Source of the DNA: Bigelowiella natans CCMP2755
Lineage: Eukaryota; Protista; Cercozoa
DNA: 34,861 nucleotides
Assembly: GCA_000320545.1 (NCBI GenBank)
Contig: ADNK01000317.1
Span: forward strand, 1-34,861
Direction: 5' to 3'
Made by a program: the position numbers and the translations under genes. Shown here piece after piece: positions 1 through 13,483 of the stretch (positions are counted from its first letter, which is position 1; every line of letters starts with the position of its first letter). Below the pieces are notes generated by a model that saw nothing but the letters and a program-made list of their open reading frames with translations, ran no database searches and was not told where the DNA came from.

Positions 1-99
1 AAGCTCAATTCATCTCTGGGGTTAAAGAATAAGAATATTTTAATAGAATGGAGAGGGAAGGGCTCCTTTTTTCTTCTTCTCCCCCCCCCCCGCCCACCC

Positions 100-119
100 C
101 CCTCTTCCTCTCCCTCTCT

Positions 120-189
<70 letters not shown>

Positions 190-242
190 CATATCATTCT
201 CTCTTCCTATTTTTCTCATTTCACACACACACACACACACAT
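100..242. repeat. Intronic (CT)n/(AT)n/(CA)n microsatellites
   Basis: Directly visible. Similar tracts occur at 1454-1490, 1678-1712, 4419-4451, 4928-4956, 5159-5195, 5653-5700, 12532-12594, 13799-13831, 21059-21091, 23622-23681, 28772-28827, 29691-29785, 32165-32199, 33251-33315 and 33523-33606. Confidence 0.95.
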
Positions 243-341
243 ACAAAGACGGGAGGGGGGGCTCGAAATAGGTGTGCGTGGAATATACAGTTGACCATCA
301 TAATCATCATAGCCACCAGCATACATGCGCGTATTAACCAG

Positions 342-1454
342 CAGTCTATCACCGTTCATCAGATTCGCGATGCAATTTGCTTGTGGTTCTCCCCTGACCC
401 CCCCCCCACGCCGTCGGCCGCGCTTTTCCCCTCCAACCCACCACCGCCCGAGGAGGTGGATGGCGCTCTGCCTTGCGACTCCCCAAGATTCGCGCTCCGC
501 AACACTGCAACGCTGAGAACGCACTTCGGTCTGCGATTCGACCGGATGTGCGAGAAGGCCGGAAGGTGGGCCTCCATACAGGTACTACCAACAGAATGCA
601 TGATTGGTGTGGGATGTGATTGGGGCTAGCACTGCTATATTGAGCAGCAGCGACGGCAGCTGCAATGGGGAGTGGTGGTGCGGTCTATAAGCTTCTTATA
701 CTTTTGACAAATGCTCTAACCTTCACCAGGCTTTGCTGTCGTCATCGTCCCATTCGATGTCACCATCGCTAGCGTGTTCTTCATCACCATCGTCTCTGCC
801 GCCATCGCCGTCGCTAGTCTCGGATTCCTCGCCCGATAAGGTGCGATCGTTGCTGGCTTCCGCTGCTGCCGGTGTCGCGCTTTCCCATATCGAGACAATA
901 TGCCGCCTCCGCCGTCAGGCGGCGCGCGCGCTCATCCACACCCTCTCCACCACACACGATGGAGACGAGAGCGTAGGGTCGCCGTCAGCAACAGCTCTCT
1001 CCAATCCGAGTAGTAGCATCAGCGGCTCTAAACATAGAAGAAGCGCGGTCGCTCGAAACACGCGAGGCGGTGTCGTCCTCCTCTCCTTCTTGACATCCCC
1101 TTGTCGGGTGCTCACTGCGGAGCTAGTGCGGAAGATGGTAGAGGGGGGAGGGGGAATGGCGGGGAAGGTCTGGGGAAGCATCACGCCACAGATAATGGCG
1201 CGCTTGAGCCACAAGAGCGCCAATGTCAGGGAAGCTCTCGATAGAATCTTGCAGAGGGGTCTCCGAGGCATCTCCGGGGAGGGTGTTGTTTCCCGCCGTT
1301 GCCGCGCTCGCGAGGCCACCAGGCTCCGCGCCGAGGTGAGGGAGGATAGAATGAGCTGAGTAGGAGATCTAGTTGGTAAAAGAAGTACGGGCAGTCATTG
1401 TAGTCGGAGTTATGGTAGCAGTTATTTGTGGGTGGTGGCAGCTGCCAACCTAGC

Positions 1455-1491
<37 letters not shown>

Positions 1492-4414
1492 TGTTGATTG
1501 TGATGATGATGGTGGCCACAGAGAGAATAGGAGCAGCGGAAAGAACGACGGAAACAGCAAAAGCTTGCGATGGCGCAGCCGCAGGGAGCGGCTGGAGAGA
1601 ATCATCCGTTCGTCGGGAGTCGGGGAGGTGTGGCATCTATTTATATACATATGCATATACACATCGTGTATACTGTGCGTGTGTGTGTGTGTGTGTGTGC
1701 GCGCGCGCGCGCATGAGTGAGTCGTCTCTACGTGCATGGGAGCTTGATAAAACGAATAGCTGAACATGGGGGAGAAACGATGAAAATGTTGCCGAGAATT
1801 TCGATTTTAGCAGTCCAAACTAAAAGTAAAACCCCGCTGCAGATGGCTCACTTGCTCGTGCACGGCTTGAACACGCTCGCGATCCTGCCCGAGGATCGAT
1901 GGCTCTTCCTCACGCGGCAGCTTTTGATGGATCTCCCCGGCCGGAAGTCGCTTTATCTTGACCAACTCACTGCCTACCACCAGGACAGCAATGATAAGAT
2001 GTTCGTGGCGACGAAGGAGAGGGAAAAAAGCAGGAATAAGAAAAAGAAGAAGGGCAAGGGGGTCTTGCATGGTGGTGGAGATAATAGGATGAAGGACCAG
2101 CACGATGGGAAACTACCGCGTTCTTCTTCTTCTTCCTCCTCGCTGATGTTGCCGTCGTTCACCTCCATCCCCTTCTCGCGGCGGAGGCAGATCTATGTGG
2201 CCGTGATGAAGCCCGTGCTGCGCCAGATCGAAGCCCTCACAAGGGAGACAATTCGTCCATATAAGAAACCGCAGCAGGGACAACGAGGCCATCATCAACA
2301 CGAAGAAGAACAAGAGCAAGAAGGAGATGACCAGGATTATGAAGCAAAGAATACAACCCCCCACACGCGGCAGTTTCAAGCCCATTTTGGCAGGCGCATC
2401 CTCGCCACGCTCCACGCACTTAGGTATCCTTCCGGCCTTCTCCTCAGGTCGGAGGGTGCAAGCAGACGTGGCCGCAGCAGCAGCAATAGCCGCACTCGAC
2501 GGCAACGACGGCAGCAGCGGCGTGATAGCCCCTCCAGCAACAAAGGCGACAGTGAGCATGACCGGAAGAATAAGAAGACGCAGAGGAAGAGCAAAAAGCA
2601 AAGGAAGCAGCTTGCTACCGATGACGACCAGAGGGTACTGGGAGGAGGGGGGGGGGGGGGGGATAAAACCGACTTCAACGGGGACGACGATGTTGTAGAC
2701 GACGGATATGATGAAGGCAACGGCGAAGGCGACATTGATGATGGCGGAGGAGGGGTTTTCGACCGACACATCGTCTTGATCTCGCATCTCAAGTCAGCTT
2801 TATCTCGCTGGACTACGACATCGACAAACGCTACTGCTCGCAGCAGTAACAACCCTGCAAGAATGGAAGGGCAAACACGACCAGACACCTCGGTGGGAGG
2901 AGGAGGAGGAGTAGGTGTGGGTGTAGTGAATTTGGCTAAAGCAAGCCCCGTGCTCTCCAAACGATGGTTCGGCCCTAGAGCAAGCGAGGGGATGATGACT
3001 TCCGTGAGGAAGAGCATGATCGCCCTCGACGGGATGGAAACTGGCACAGAGATCCACCGGTTTGAGGCAACGGTGCAAGTCCTTGCAACGAAGACGCGTC
3101 CCAAGAAGCTTACAGGTGCCCTGCGCAATTGCAACAATCAGTCAATCAATCGATCTATCAGTCAATGCTGCTGTAGATTTAACGATCATCTCTAACGAGA
3201 TGAGGGTGGTTTGGATGATGTGAGAGAGCGGAAGCTGGTCGTGGCTGTGTTGTGATTCTAGTGCATCGTCTTTCTCCTTCCTCTCCTACTGCATCCTCCT
3301 CCTACTAGTACTATTACTACTCCGAATCATTTTACGTTTTGTCGTGCACCTTAATCTCCCCCCCTCACTCTGCCTTTGTTGTTTTGTAAAAAATCATCAC
3401 CACACCACCAATGGCCAGTGATTGGAACTGACGGGCAGCGGTACACGTACCTGCTGAAAGCCCAGGAAGACCTTCGCCTCGACCATCGCATCATGCAAAT
3501 CCTCTCTTGTGTCAACGCTGCCATCCGCCGCCGGATAGCACCGAGGGGGAGGAGTGAGCAGCGCAGTGGTATTAGCAGCGAGATTGGAGACGCTGGTGGC
3601 GGTTTCTTCTCACCAGGAGGGGGGGGCGGAGACTTCTGCGTGCGCGCCAGGACGTATGATGTAACACCGCTGTCCTTTCACTCGGGGCTGCTGAGGTGGG
3701 TGGAGGGCGTCGTCCCTATCTTCGAGCTCTACAAGCAGTGGCAGATACGACGGTAAGCAAGTTTCTCCTTTTGCACCTGGCATCGGCGTCGACGATGACT
3801 GTACAACGATGTTCTAATCTCGTGCACGTTTTTCTCTTTTCCTGAATGCTTTGTCACAGCCTACACTCATCAGCCTCCTCCTCACCATCAACAACCTCCG
3901 CCGAAGACAGTAAGCAGCAGCACCACCAGCAGAGAAGGATGCCTAACGAGGCAGCATCATCAGGAAGTGCGGCAATCAATTCTCACAAACATCAGCATTC
4001 CTCCTCGCCGCCCCCCTCCGCATCAATCTCTATGAAGGCAGCACAGAAGAAGAAGACGGCAATGGCGGTGGTGAAAGGCCCAGCGGAGGAGTTCAGGCTC
4101 GCAGTGCAGAAGCGGTTGCGAGAAGCTGGGCTCGACATAAGTAATACATTGCAGCAACTATGGAAACAGCATTATACTACATATCATGACTTATCACTTG
4201 TGTGGTCATTTTGAATCGTCCCCAATCATCCTCCTCCTCACCCATCAGAGCTGCGAAGATCGGAATGGCCGAAAGCGGTGTTGAAGGCCGCCCTCTCCGA
4301 CTTGATAGCTGGAACGCCCTCTGATCTCATCGAACGGTAAGGAGATGGTCCTGCTGCAGATGCTCCGCTGCCAGTTATCATATAGATATCAGCGTGTGTG
4401 TGAGGGGGGGAGAA

Positions 4415-4454
<40 letters not shown>

Positions 4455-4921
4455 AGGGCATTGAGAATGGTGGTCGAAGTCTGTTGCTGATATATGACAA
4501 ACCGCAACGATGGCATGTTCCTGCTAATACTAACTACCCCCCATTCATCAATTGTCATCACCATCCTCATACCAGGGAGGTTTGGCTTTCGTCGAGCTCG
4601 CTGATGGACTCCTGGCGGCGGCGCATGCGATTCACGTCATCACTCGCCGTGATGTCTGTGATGGGGTGGCTCGTGGGACTGGGAGACCGCCACCTCAACA
4701 ACATCCTGCTCTGCCAACGCACCGCGGAGATCGTGCACATCGACTATGGCGTCATTTTTGATAAGGTGGGCGAGCGGGGAGGGAGATTAACTTGCGAGGA
4801 GCGCTTGGCGGTTTGCGTTTGAACTATTATGCACGCTCAGCGGGCATTGTTTGGAGCTGATCTGTTCCTCCCCCCCCCCCCCCTCCTCCCCGTTTTTTCT
4901 TCACTACTAATTTCCTCTACG

Positions 4922-4959
<38 letters not shown>

Positions 4960-5081
4960 TTGGGGCTCCACAGGGCCTACGTTTGCCTATCCCGGAGATC
5001 GTGCCTTTCCGCCTCACGCACACACTCAGAGGATGCTTAGGACCCCTTGGGAGCGCTGCTGCCATGGGTAGTTGCTGCAGA

Positions 5082-5113
<32 letters not shown>

Positions 5114-5153
5114 AATGATAATGCATAGGGCTCACCAACCACTCTACGATCAG

Positions 5154-5197
<44 letters not shown>

Positions 5198-5650
5198 CTC
5201 TCCCTCTCTCTTTATCAACCTATTTTCCCCTCATCTCGCCCACAGTAGTAACTATATGAGTTGTGGATATGCAATGTATGCACACAGCCGGGGAAGGCGC
5301 CTTCGGGGGCGTGTGCAAGGCTGTTTTGTCCACGCTACGCTCCGAGAAGACGATGGTGCTGGGGCTCCTGTCGCACGCATTCGTCTATGACCCGCTCCTC
5401 GACTGGGATAAGGAGGCGCCCTTCTTGCCAGAGGTGAGAACTATGTTCATTGTAAGACACTGATGTTTTTTGGTTTTCGTCCAGTTTCGTCGTCGTCGCC
5501 GTCGTCTGAAAATCTTGGGAAATGTGTTGAGGGAAAGGAGGCGAAATCACCATCATCACCATCATCATCGTCATCATCGTCATCATCGTCATCATTGAAG
5601 AAAGACGAATAATCCGGTTTTCCCCCAGTATCGGCTACGTATCTAATAAT

Positions 5651-5692
<42 letters not shown>

Positions 5693-8600
5693 GTGCGTGC
5701 GTGTACGTGTGCGCGAAAATCTCCACTGTGTGTGCAGGATAAGGTGTGGCGGGAGCAGCGGCGAGTGCATGATGGAGAGATGGCGGCATCTTTACTCTGC
5801 AGCTTGCTCTCCCACCAGCTCCCAGTGTTGATGTCGCGGTACCGTGACTTAAAGACCGTGCTCGGCAAGCTTCGAGCTGCTTTCGAGGATCTCAGACGCG
5901 TACACTTGCTCACAGATCCGAGCACAGGAGGAGGGGGGGGGCAGACCGCACCCACGACGTCGAGAAAGAGGGGGGGGGACGCAACGAGGCGAGATCCGGG
6001 TGCGGATGCTGGCAATGGCCAGCTTGACGATAGTTCCGGGTTACATGATAGTCATCATCATGGCCGTCGTCGTCGTCGTCAGAACCGTAGCACGACTGGG
6101 AAGGCGGGTGAGATTCTGCGCCAGCGCGAGCAGCAGCAGCTTATCCAGGTCGTCCATCGCGCCATCGCCCGCCTCCGTCAAAATCGGGAGAGGATTCAGC
6201 CGAGGATTGTGGCGCTGGAGAGGGAGGTTTGGGGCTCGGGCGGTGGCAGCAGCAACAGCTTGGGTGTGAGGGCGGCGGCAGCAGATGACGCCGGATCGAA
6301 TTCCGCCCTTTTCACACGCAGCCTACTGGCGACGATGGAAACCATCATATGCGCACCCTGGCTACCGTTCCAAGCCTATGTGTTCGAGTAGTGTGATAGT
6401 AGTAGTAGTTTTCGAGGGAATGGTTGCATGATAGTAGCAGAGCTGCTCCTGAGAGTCATGATGACATAAAAGATGATGAAAGTGATGGTGGTGATGGTTA
6501 TGGTGACGATGATAAGTATGAATTTGACCATTGCACACACATACACACACCACCTCGCTCTGGCCGCAGCCATTCGCTCACTGAATCCTATCATGCTATT
6601 TTCATCATTATCATCATTAAACACTATGGTTATTACTATGATTTTTGTCGCAACAACAGGTCTGCCGATCTTGGCGACGCGCTCCATAAGCTAGCGGGCA
6701 GCGTACCCTTCCTCCACCCCCCTCCGCACAAGCAACATCAGCAACCGCAACAACGGCATCTTCGCCCCATCATCATCCTGAGGCAGCTTTCGAAACTACC
6801 GCTTCCGCGGCTAAATTCGCCTTCCGAGGGGGAGGAGAAATGGTGGGAGGAATTTGAAAGACATCTAGAGACCGCACTCGGCCGCGTCGTTGCCGCCGCA
6901 TGCGCGACCTCCCAGCTGCTACTCAAGTACCGCCACACCGTTGCAACGGTCTGTGTGCTGCGCCGCGAGAAGAGGAGGAACGGGCCGGATACAGGGCTCA
7001 CGACGGCGTTGCGGTGGGCGGATCGCGACGATATAGCGTCGTGCTACCTTGACGATGATACCCCTGCAGGGCGCCGACAGAGGCATTATCTCAGGAGTGG
7101 TAAGGGGGCCGAGAATCGAGAAGCTGCCACCAGTCGTCCTAGTGGTGGCGGTGGTGGCGGTGAAAGTCCCGGTTGTGCGATGCAGTGGGGTGGAAGCTCT
7201 TATCACGCGCATCAGGCATGGGGTAAACTGGCGATGGCCACAAGAAATGTCGCAGTGTTTATGGAGAAGGAGGGGAAACAACATAAAGAGGGTGAGGCCG
7301 CTGCTAGGGAAGCTACGGCAGCCGCTGGCAGCGTAGAAGACCCAGGATTTTGTGCCGATGGTGGGGCTGCCGTCAAAGCTGCGTTGTCCACCCTCCCCCC
7401 GATCCAGACCTCCTCCATAGTTGCCTTCCTTGCGCGAGGTATTCCGGGGGAGGCTTCTGAAGGAAATTCACCATCGAAGTACAGCGGGTTCCGTCCTATA
7501 ATCGCCAAGATGGACGCGGGGCTGCTGCTCCTATCATCATCATCATCATCAACAACAACAAGAAGAAGAACAACAACCTTAGCACCATCACCACCATCAC
7601 AGCCATCCTCCGAAGCAACTGTCCGGGAAGAGCTGCAAAGGCGCTTGAGAAATGGCCGCATGGCCTTTAACGGCGTGGATTGTGCGGTGAAACGCCTTGA
7701 ACACAGACTCATAACGATCTTTAAGCGGCCAGACCGCAGTGAGCAATGGAGAGGAGGAGGAGGAGGGGGGGGTGGTAGGAGGACCCATCATCTGTCATAC
7801 CCCCCCCTGCCAAATCTGCCGTACAGCCACGGCGCACTGAGTACCAATGTCTCCACAGGCCGCCGCTTCGTCCGCATCGTGTGTCAAAACGCGACGAGGC
7901 AGATGGACGAGCTAGAAGAGATATTGGCCACAGCTCCTCCTCCCAATGACAGCATGAAGAGGCAGCAGCAGACGCGCTTGAAGTCTCTGGTCGAAAGCCT
8001 GGCCTCCCTTCAGACGAAATTCTCTATCTTCGCAACGACGAAGCTGCAGGAGGAAAAGGAGGGGGAGAAGAAGCAGGCAGGTGTCGCCGCACCAGCATCC
8101 TCGTTGTCTTCATATGTGCCCCATGAGCGTTCGCAGCTGGCGCGGCTGCATGATAGCGTGTTTGCGATCGAAGAAGCCTATTCTGAAATTAAGCGGTGCG
8201 TTTCGACTTTCTACACTCACCGACCGAAGGGCCGTGCAGAGGAGAAGAGTGGGCAGCAACAGCAAGCTGCTGGCACTGATTCTGTCCTCCACCTGATCGA
8301 TCCCTTGTTACCGAAGCCGTTCCGTACTTCAGCTCCGCAGCAGCAGGAGACGGAGGGGGGGGAGAAGGAGAAGGAGAACGAGAGAGTAGAGCAAAGCCTG
8401 AGATGGAAGCTATGGTTCCTCCGTGTCCTCTTCCTGGGCAAGCTGCAGCTGGCTGACTTGACAGTTAAAAGGCTGTTTCCCGAGAGGAGGGAGGAAGAAG
8501 AAGACGAGAAGGGTCCAGAACAGCCTCGTGGTGGATTGAGCAAAGCTTGGAGCACCGGCGATGGTGGCAATGGTGGCAGCAATAGTGCTTCATCCGCAAC

Positions 8601-11346
8601 ACTCGGTGCTTCGCTTTTCTGGAATCCCCACCTCTCGGCCCTGTGCAATAATGTATACGTCGATATCTTAAAGACAGTTGTCATAGCGTCATCGTCAACC
8701 ACTACTGGACCCTCGGTTACATCTGCGCAGCACCCTGCCTCCTCTTCCTCCCCCTCGCCGTTGTCGTCTTCATCATTGCCGTTCTTGTGGCACCCAATAT
8801 TTGATATGGCCTTCTCGCAAGCAGAATCGCGTCTGAAGGCCTTAGACCGGACGCATGTTGCGTTGGTATCTTCTTCCTTACTGAGAGCGAGCCAATCCTT
8901 TGCCTTCCACGAGACGATGGCCGCGGTGTGGCTCCTGGAGGAGGAAGAAGAGCAGGAAGGCTATATGGAAGAGTTGGAGAAGACGGAGGGGGATGACAAA
9001 GAGGTGGTGAAGAAGAGAGAGCCCCACCGTCCCCCTTGCCCTGATCAGCAGCACCAGCTTCATATCCACATGCGCCCAAATCGTTTCCTGTCCGAGCTCG
9101 CTTCCAATGCAGACACCCTCTCCGAGGCACTGAAAGACTTCGAGCCTATCCTCGCGACTTACGAGCAGAAGGTCGTGCAGCCCCTACGAGGGGGTGAAAT
9201 AGAGGGGGGGGGGGGGCGGCCGACGCAGCGGCAGCGGCGGCTTGTCGCAGGACCCATGCTGTCATGCGAAAGCTCGGTCAAGAAAGCGACAGGATGCTTC
9301 GCTGTGCTCGCACCGTCCGAGCTCTTGAGACGGCAAGGAGAGAGAGGAGACGGAGGCGGGGGAGGAAGAAGTGGCAAACAAAGGCTGATCGGAATAGAAA
9401 AAGGGCTCGTGGTATCCAGCGTAACCGCAGCAACATCATGAGCAGTAGCAGTAGCAGCAGCAGCAGTGGTGGTGGTGGTGGTGGTGGTGATGTGGCTCAC
9501 GATGGCGAAGAAGAGCTACTAGTACTGACGAGACATGATGCGGCGCTACGATGGGATCTTGCTGCTATGCAGGAGCAGTTGGACATGTTGGGACGGATGG
9601 GGCGTTCTAACAGCAGCAGCAGTGCTACTAGCAGGGCTGAGGATGATGACGGCAGCGACGGGAAGCAGAGAAGGAAAGTCCACCATAGAGGAGGGGAACA
9701 GCCCAGAAGGGGTGTTCGCAAGGTAATCAATCAATGTCGTCGTCGCCGTCAGTGTCGTCATCACCGTTGTTTTCTTGTCGTCTCGGTAGTCGAATAAAAT
9801 ATGAAGAAGCAAACTGGAGAGGGGGGGGGGGGGACGATAGGAAACGAACATCACATCCTCCATGCGACACGGCCCACTAACTGTGCGCTGGATTTACTTG
9901 TCGTTGACCGTCATCCATGCTATTGTCATTGTTCGGTCCCCCACTCTATATTTCACAACACACACCCCAAAAGGACATACTTCTTCCCTCTTCCGTCTAT
10001 CTCCCCCCCTCCTCCTCCTCCTCTGCTTCCTGCCCCGCCTCTCATCTACGACGTGCGTGCCTTCCTTCTGTTTCTAACTCAGGGCCTGGCGACGAAATCA
10101 GTACCGCATTATCATTCCTCGACAAGAGCAGCAGGGTCGGCACCATCCTCCGCCTGGGTAGACGCTGTCGCCGTGCGAAAGCAGGAGGTGGCGGCTAGGA
10201 ATACTATAGCAGCCCTCATCGGCCTAACCGACGCCTCAGCTACTACACTACCAGCGATGTGTTTGCCTTCGCTGCTAGAAAGCGACAAGATGTTTATGGC
10301 ACGTGTCAAGCCTCTGTTATCCCTCGGCAGCCGAGGGAAGTGGAAGGGCGCTCAGAAGCTGAAGCAGGATATATCCTCCCTGCACGCCGCACTGGCAGCT
10401 ATCAGGCGGGTGGGGGGGGGACCCAAGTTAACAGCAGCTTCCTCCTCGCTCATCAGCGTGTGGGATGAGTGGAACTGCGACGGTCGATTTTCACACACCC
10501 CCCCCACCTCCCCCACCCTACTAACCAGCATTTCCCAGCATCATTTTGCCGTCGCTGCCATTGTCATGTCGTAGCATCCGAGTTAACACATAACTTATTC
10601 CATTTCTCTTCCGTGATTTAGAACTGGTAGCGTTGCATGAGAGTATTCATGAAAGGCTGATGCTGGCGGCCAAGGAGGGAATGCCGCTGTTGAGAGCTCG
10701 CGCGCAGAGTATAGCAGACGGAGAAGGCGCGGAAAAGCATCGTCCACATAGATCTGGGAGAGAGGCAGCCAAAGAAAGCGATTTTAAGGGAGTCGATAGG
10801 AAGAGGGGGGATGACGACTGCGAAATAAACCGGAGAGATACCGATAACGGCTACACTGAGGAAAAGGAGAAGGTGAGTGGTCCGCTATTTGAATTTTTGT
10901 AAATACTGTGTGTCATCTTCTGTGGCTTTCATGTTTTTACACATATATAATGAACTCCCCCTCTCCCCTGGTTGCTGAGCGAAGGCGCCATGACCGACGT
11001 TCGCTTGCCGTGCACCATCCATGCAGCCTTTTCTTCTCACCATCATTATCATGTAATCTGAAAGCAGAATATAGAGGATCTGGCGAGTGGCGTCGAGCGC
11101 CGCAATAAATACGCACTTAGCGTCATCAAACGCATAGAAAACCGTCTGGGAGGCGTCATTGTCCTCCCAAGTAACAGCAGTCGTTCCACGAACCCGAATG
11201 CAGCAATGCCCGCTGCCCATTCTCAGCACCATCGGCGCCAGCGGTGGAGAATCAGCGTCAGTAGTCAAGTCGAGTCGCTGATCAGAGACGCAACGAGTTT
11301 GGACAATCTTAGCCAAATGTTCGAAGGCTGGGCTCCCTGGATCTGA
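342..11346 (+). CDS. SMG1: SMG1 nonsense-mediated decay PI3K-related kinase (PIKK), 5'-truncated by the window edge; ~14 exons
   Basis: Phase-consistent GT-AG exons: 342-581, 730-1335, 1843-3115, 3419-3752, 3860-4140, 4249-4336, 4576-4765, 4974-5067, 5288-5433, 5738-6387, 6660-9722, 10083-10482, 10622-10872, ~11068-11346. Motifs: end of FAT WGSITPQIMARLSH; kinase N-lobe LATKTRPKKLT|VIGTDGQRYTYLLKAQEDLRLDHRIMQ; TYDVTPLSFHSGLLRWV; RRSEWPKAVLK; catalytic GLGDRHLNNILL and IVHIDYGVIFDK|GLRLPIPEIVPFRLT; AFVYDPLLDW. A >1300-aa insertion follows, then the FATC RNKYALSVIKRIENRL...SVSSQVESLIRDATSLDNLSQMFEGWAPWI*. A long kinase-to-FATC insertion is diagnostic of SMG1 rather than TOR/ATM/ATR. One frame break at 9204-9216. 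Confidence 0.93.
11068..11346 (+). CDS. SMG1: Terminal SMG1 exon encoding the FATC domain (not in the ORF track)
   Basis: After acceptor ...aaagcag| it reads NIEDLASGVERRNKYALSVIKRIENRLGG...ISVSSQVESLIRDATSLDNLSQMFEGWAPWI, with TGA at 11344-11346. Confidence 0.93.
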   Translation, partial: NIEDLASGVERRNKYALSVIKRIENRLGGVIVLPSNSSRSTNPNAAMPAAHSQHHRRQRWRISVSSQVESLIRDATSLDNLSQMFEGWAPWI

Positions 11347-12123
11347 TTATCGCACACCTCAACCATCACCGTGCCAAATTCCAACGCACCGACGACAACA
11401 ATAATAGTTTCCACAACACCGACCGAGCAGCAAGATGACAGAAGCAATGGCCCTTTCTCAAATGTGCTGGGATGTGTGAGGTTGTCATCGGACGGGGGAT
11501 TCATCCAGAATCCGGGGCGCGAAAAAATAATGTGGACATAGAGTGAGTGCTCTCCTGATAATCATCCTGTCACACATGCCAATGGATGCATTGTGATGTA
11601 TTAGAATCTTATGAAATGGAAATAATAGAATTTTTAGTTTAACAGTAGCGAGCAATGCGAATGATGCGCATTCAGAAGGAATTTTAAAGTAAGAAAAGCT
11701 AGTACCGTTTACCAAATGTGGCATTGCGCAGCAAAGCTATTCTTACAATCATCGGAACACGTACGGGCTGCAACAGATTGCTGCATATGCACAGATATTG
11801 ATAATTTCGCAAGCGGTGTGATGTGCATGTGAATGTAGCAGGCATTTACTTGTTTATGTTCATGTTCATGTATAGATGATGTAAACCTGGAATGAACTGG
11901 CAATGTGACTTCTGTTTGCCGCTCTCATGCATGCTTGTCATGCGTCGATCACATGCACCTTGTGAGTAGATGTACACATAAATATGCATATACCACCGAT
12001 GTATGTGTGCAGGTCAAAACATGACGAACAACAAGATGTTGTAATACATAAGTTGGGTGCGTTCTTCACGCGACACGATTCATCGAGTGATCTTATTATT
12101 GACATTTATGTCAAGCTCCACCC

Positions 12124-12539
12124 CTACTTTATTATAATGTAGCCTCTGGAGAGCTTCTTCATGTAACTAACATGATTTCCGGTAGCATTGCTTACATAAG
12201 ACGCGAAGTCAGATAACGGCCCGGCGGCGGGAACGTCCAACAATAGGAACGCGCTGATCAAGTGCATCCTCAGAACAAACTCAAAAATATACGCGGGTTC
12301 CATAATTATAACGTTGATGTGTAGTCTACTTAAGTTATTATCTCGCAATTCTCTCGTATACCTTGATTTCGGGATTATGTCCCATAGATCGTAGACGAAT
12401 CGTTGCGAACCATGACCTGCGACACGCAATTAAAAAAGAACGGCGCTTCATAAAAACCAGCAGATCCCTAATTCCACTGGCGGTGTGGATGCTGGCCACT
12501 GCTTCCCTCTCTTCTTCATCGTACATGATTATACACACA

Positions 12540-12598
<59 letters not shown>

Positions 12599-13452
12599 GA
12601 CTTCATGTTGTTTTGCAACAACACCACACCGCACGACCGGCCTCAAAGAGCACGAAACTGAAGATGAAGAGCCACGGGTGACCCATACGCGCCTCTGAAC
12701 GAACGAACGCAAGAAACGCCTCATTTGCGCTGCTGGAAAACAACGTATCCGACACGTCACAGTGTCCGAATTCAACGTTTGTCTCGAGTGCATCAGCCGC
12801 CACTTGTGATATCGCACGCCAAGTGTCCGACACGTCGAATATCTATGCCAAAGAGGAGAGGGTAGGATCGGTCAGAAGGCCCCAAAAAGGGGGAAGGGGG
12901 GGGAGTGAGATCGGGGCAACCAACTGGCAGTAACAGTAGCTGCCCCGTTGTGGGCCGAAACGTATTGGTGTTGTTAAGGGGGAGCACGGTATGTCGATCA
13001 TGCACGAACCGAGATTAGGCATTATCGCAATGAATACTTACTAAATACCGAAATAAAAGGACCCTTCTCTCATTTATTTTTGGGATATTTTTTACCCGTG
13101 CTTTCACATTCCCTCGGCTGCCATACACGATTTCATGCCAAAATATCGCTCCAGCTACATCAGAGCCAGGCCCTCCCCCCACGCTAGCAATGCGGAAAGG
13201 GGCCGCCGAGCTGGAGAAATCGTCGTACAAGTTCCCGATTTGGAGTCCATTTCCACCGAACGAAAGCGCTTCAAAGGCGCGAAAGGCCTGGTAATTTGAG
13301 ATATGCCGGCTGCCTTTCAGTTTTGAGATATGCGAGCTACTCTTCATCATCACCATCATCGTCATCATGTAATCCTCCGAAAATGATTATATGACAGTTG
13401 TGTGATTGAGCATATACATCACGTGCAGGATCATCGTCAACAGCAGCAGCAG

Positions 13453-13483
<31 letters not shown>

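Noticed and set aside
2113-3137. Long minus-strand ORFs opposite SMG1 (also 7212-7712, 8217-8702, and 26995-27741 opposite the RGS gene)
   Set aside because: Antisense shadows of GC-rich coding exons with no recognisable motifs.
3040-5433. Calling the kinase TOR, ATM or ATR
   Set aside because: The TKTRPKKL, EDLRLD and DY-type activation motifs and the very long insertion before FATC fit SMG1.
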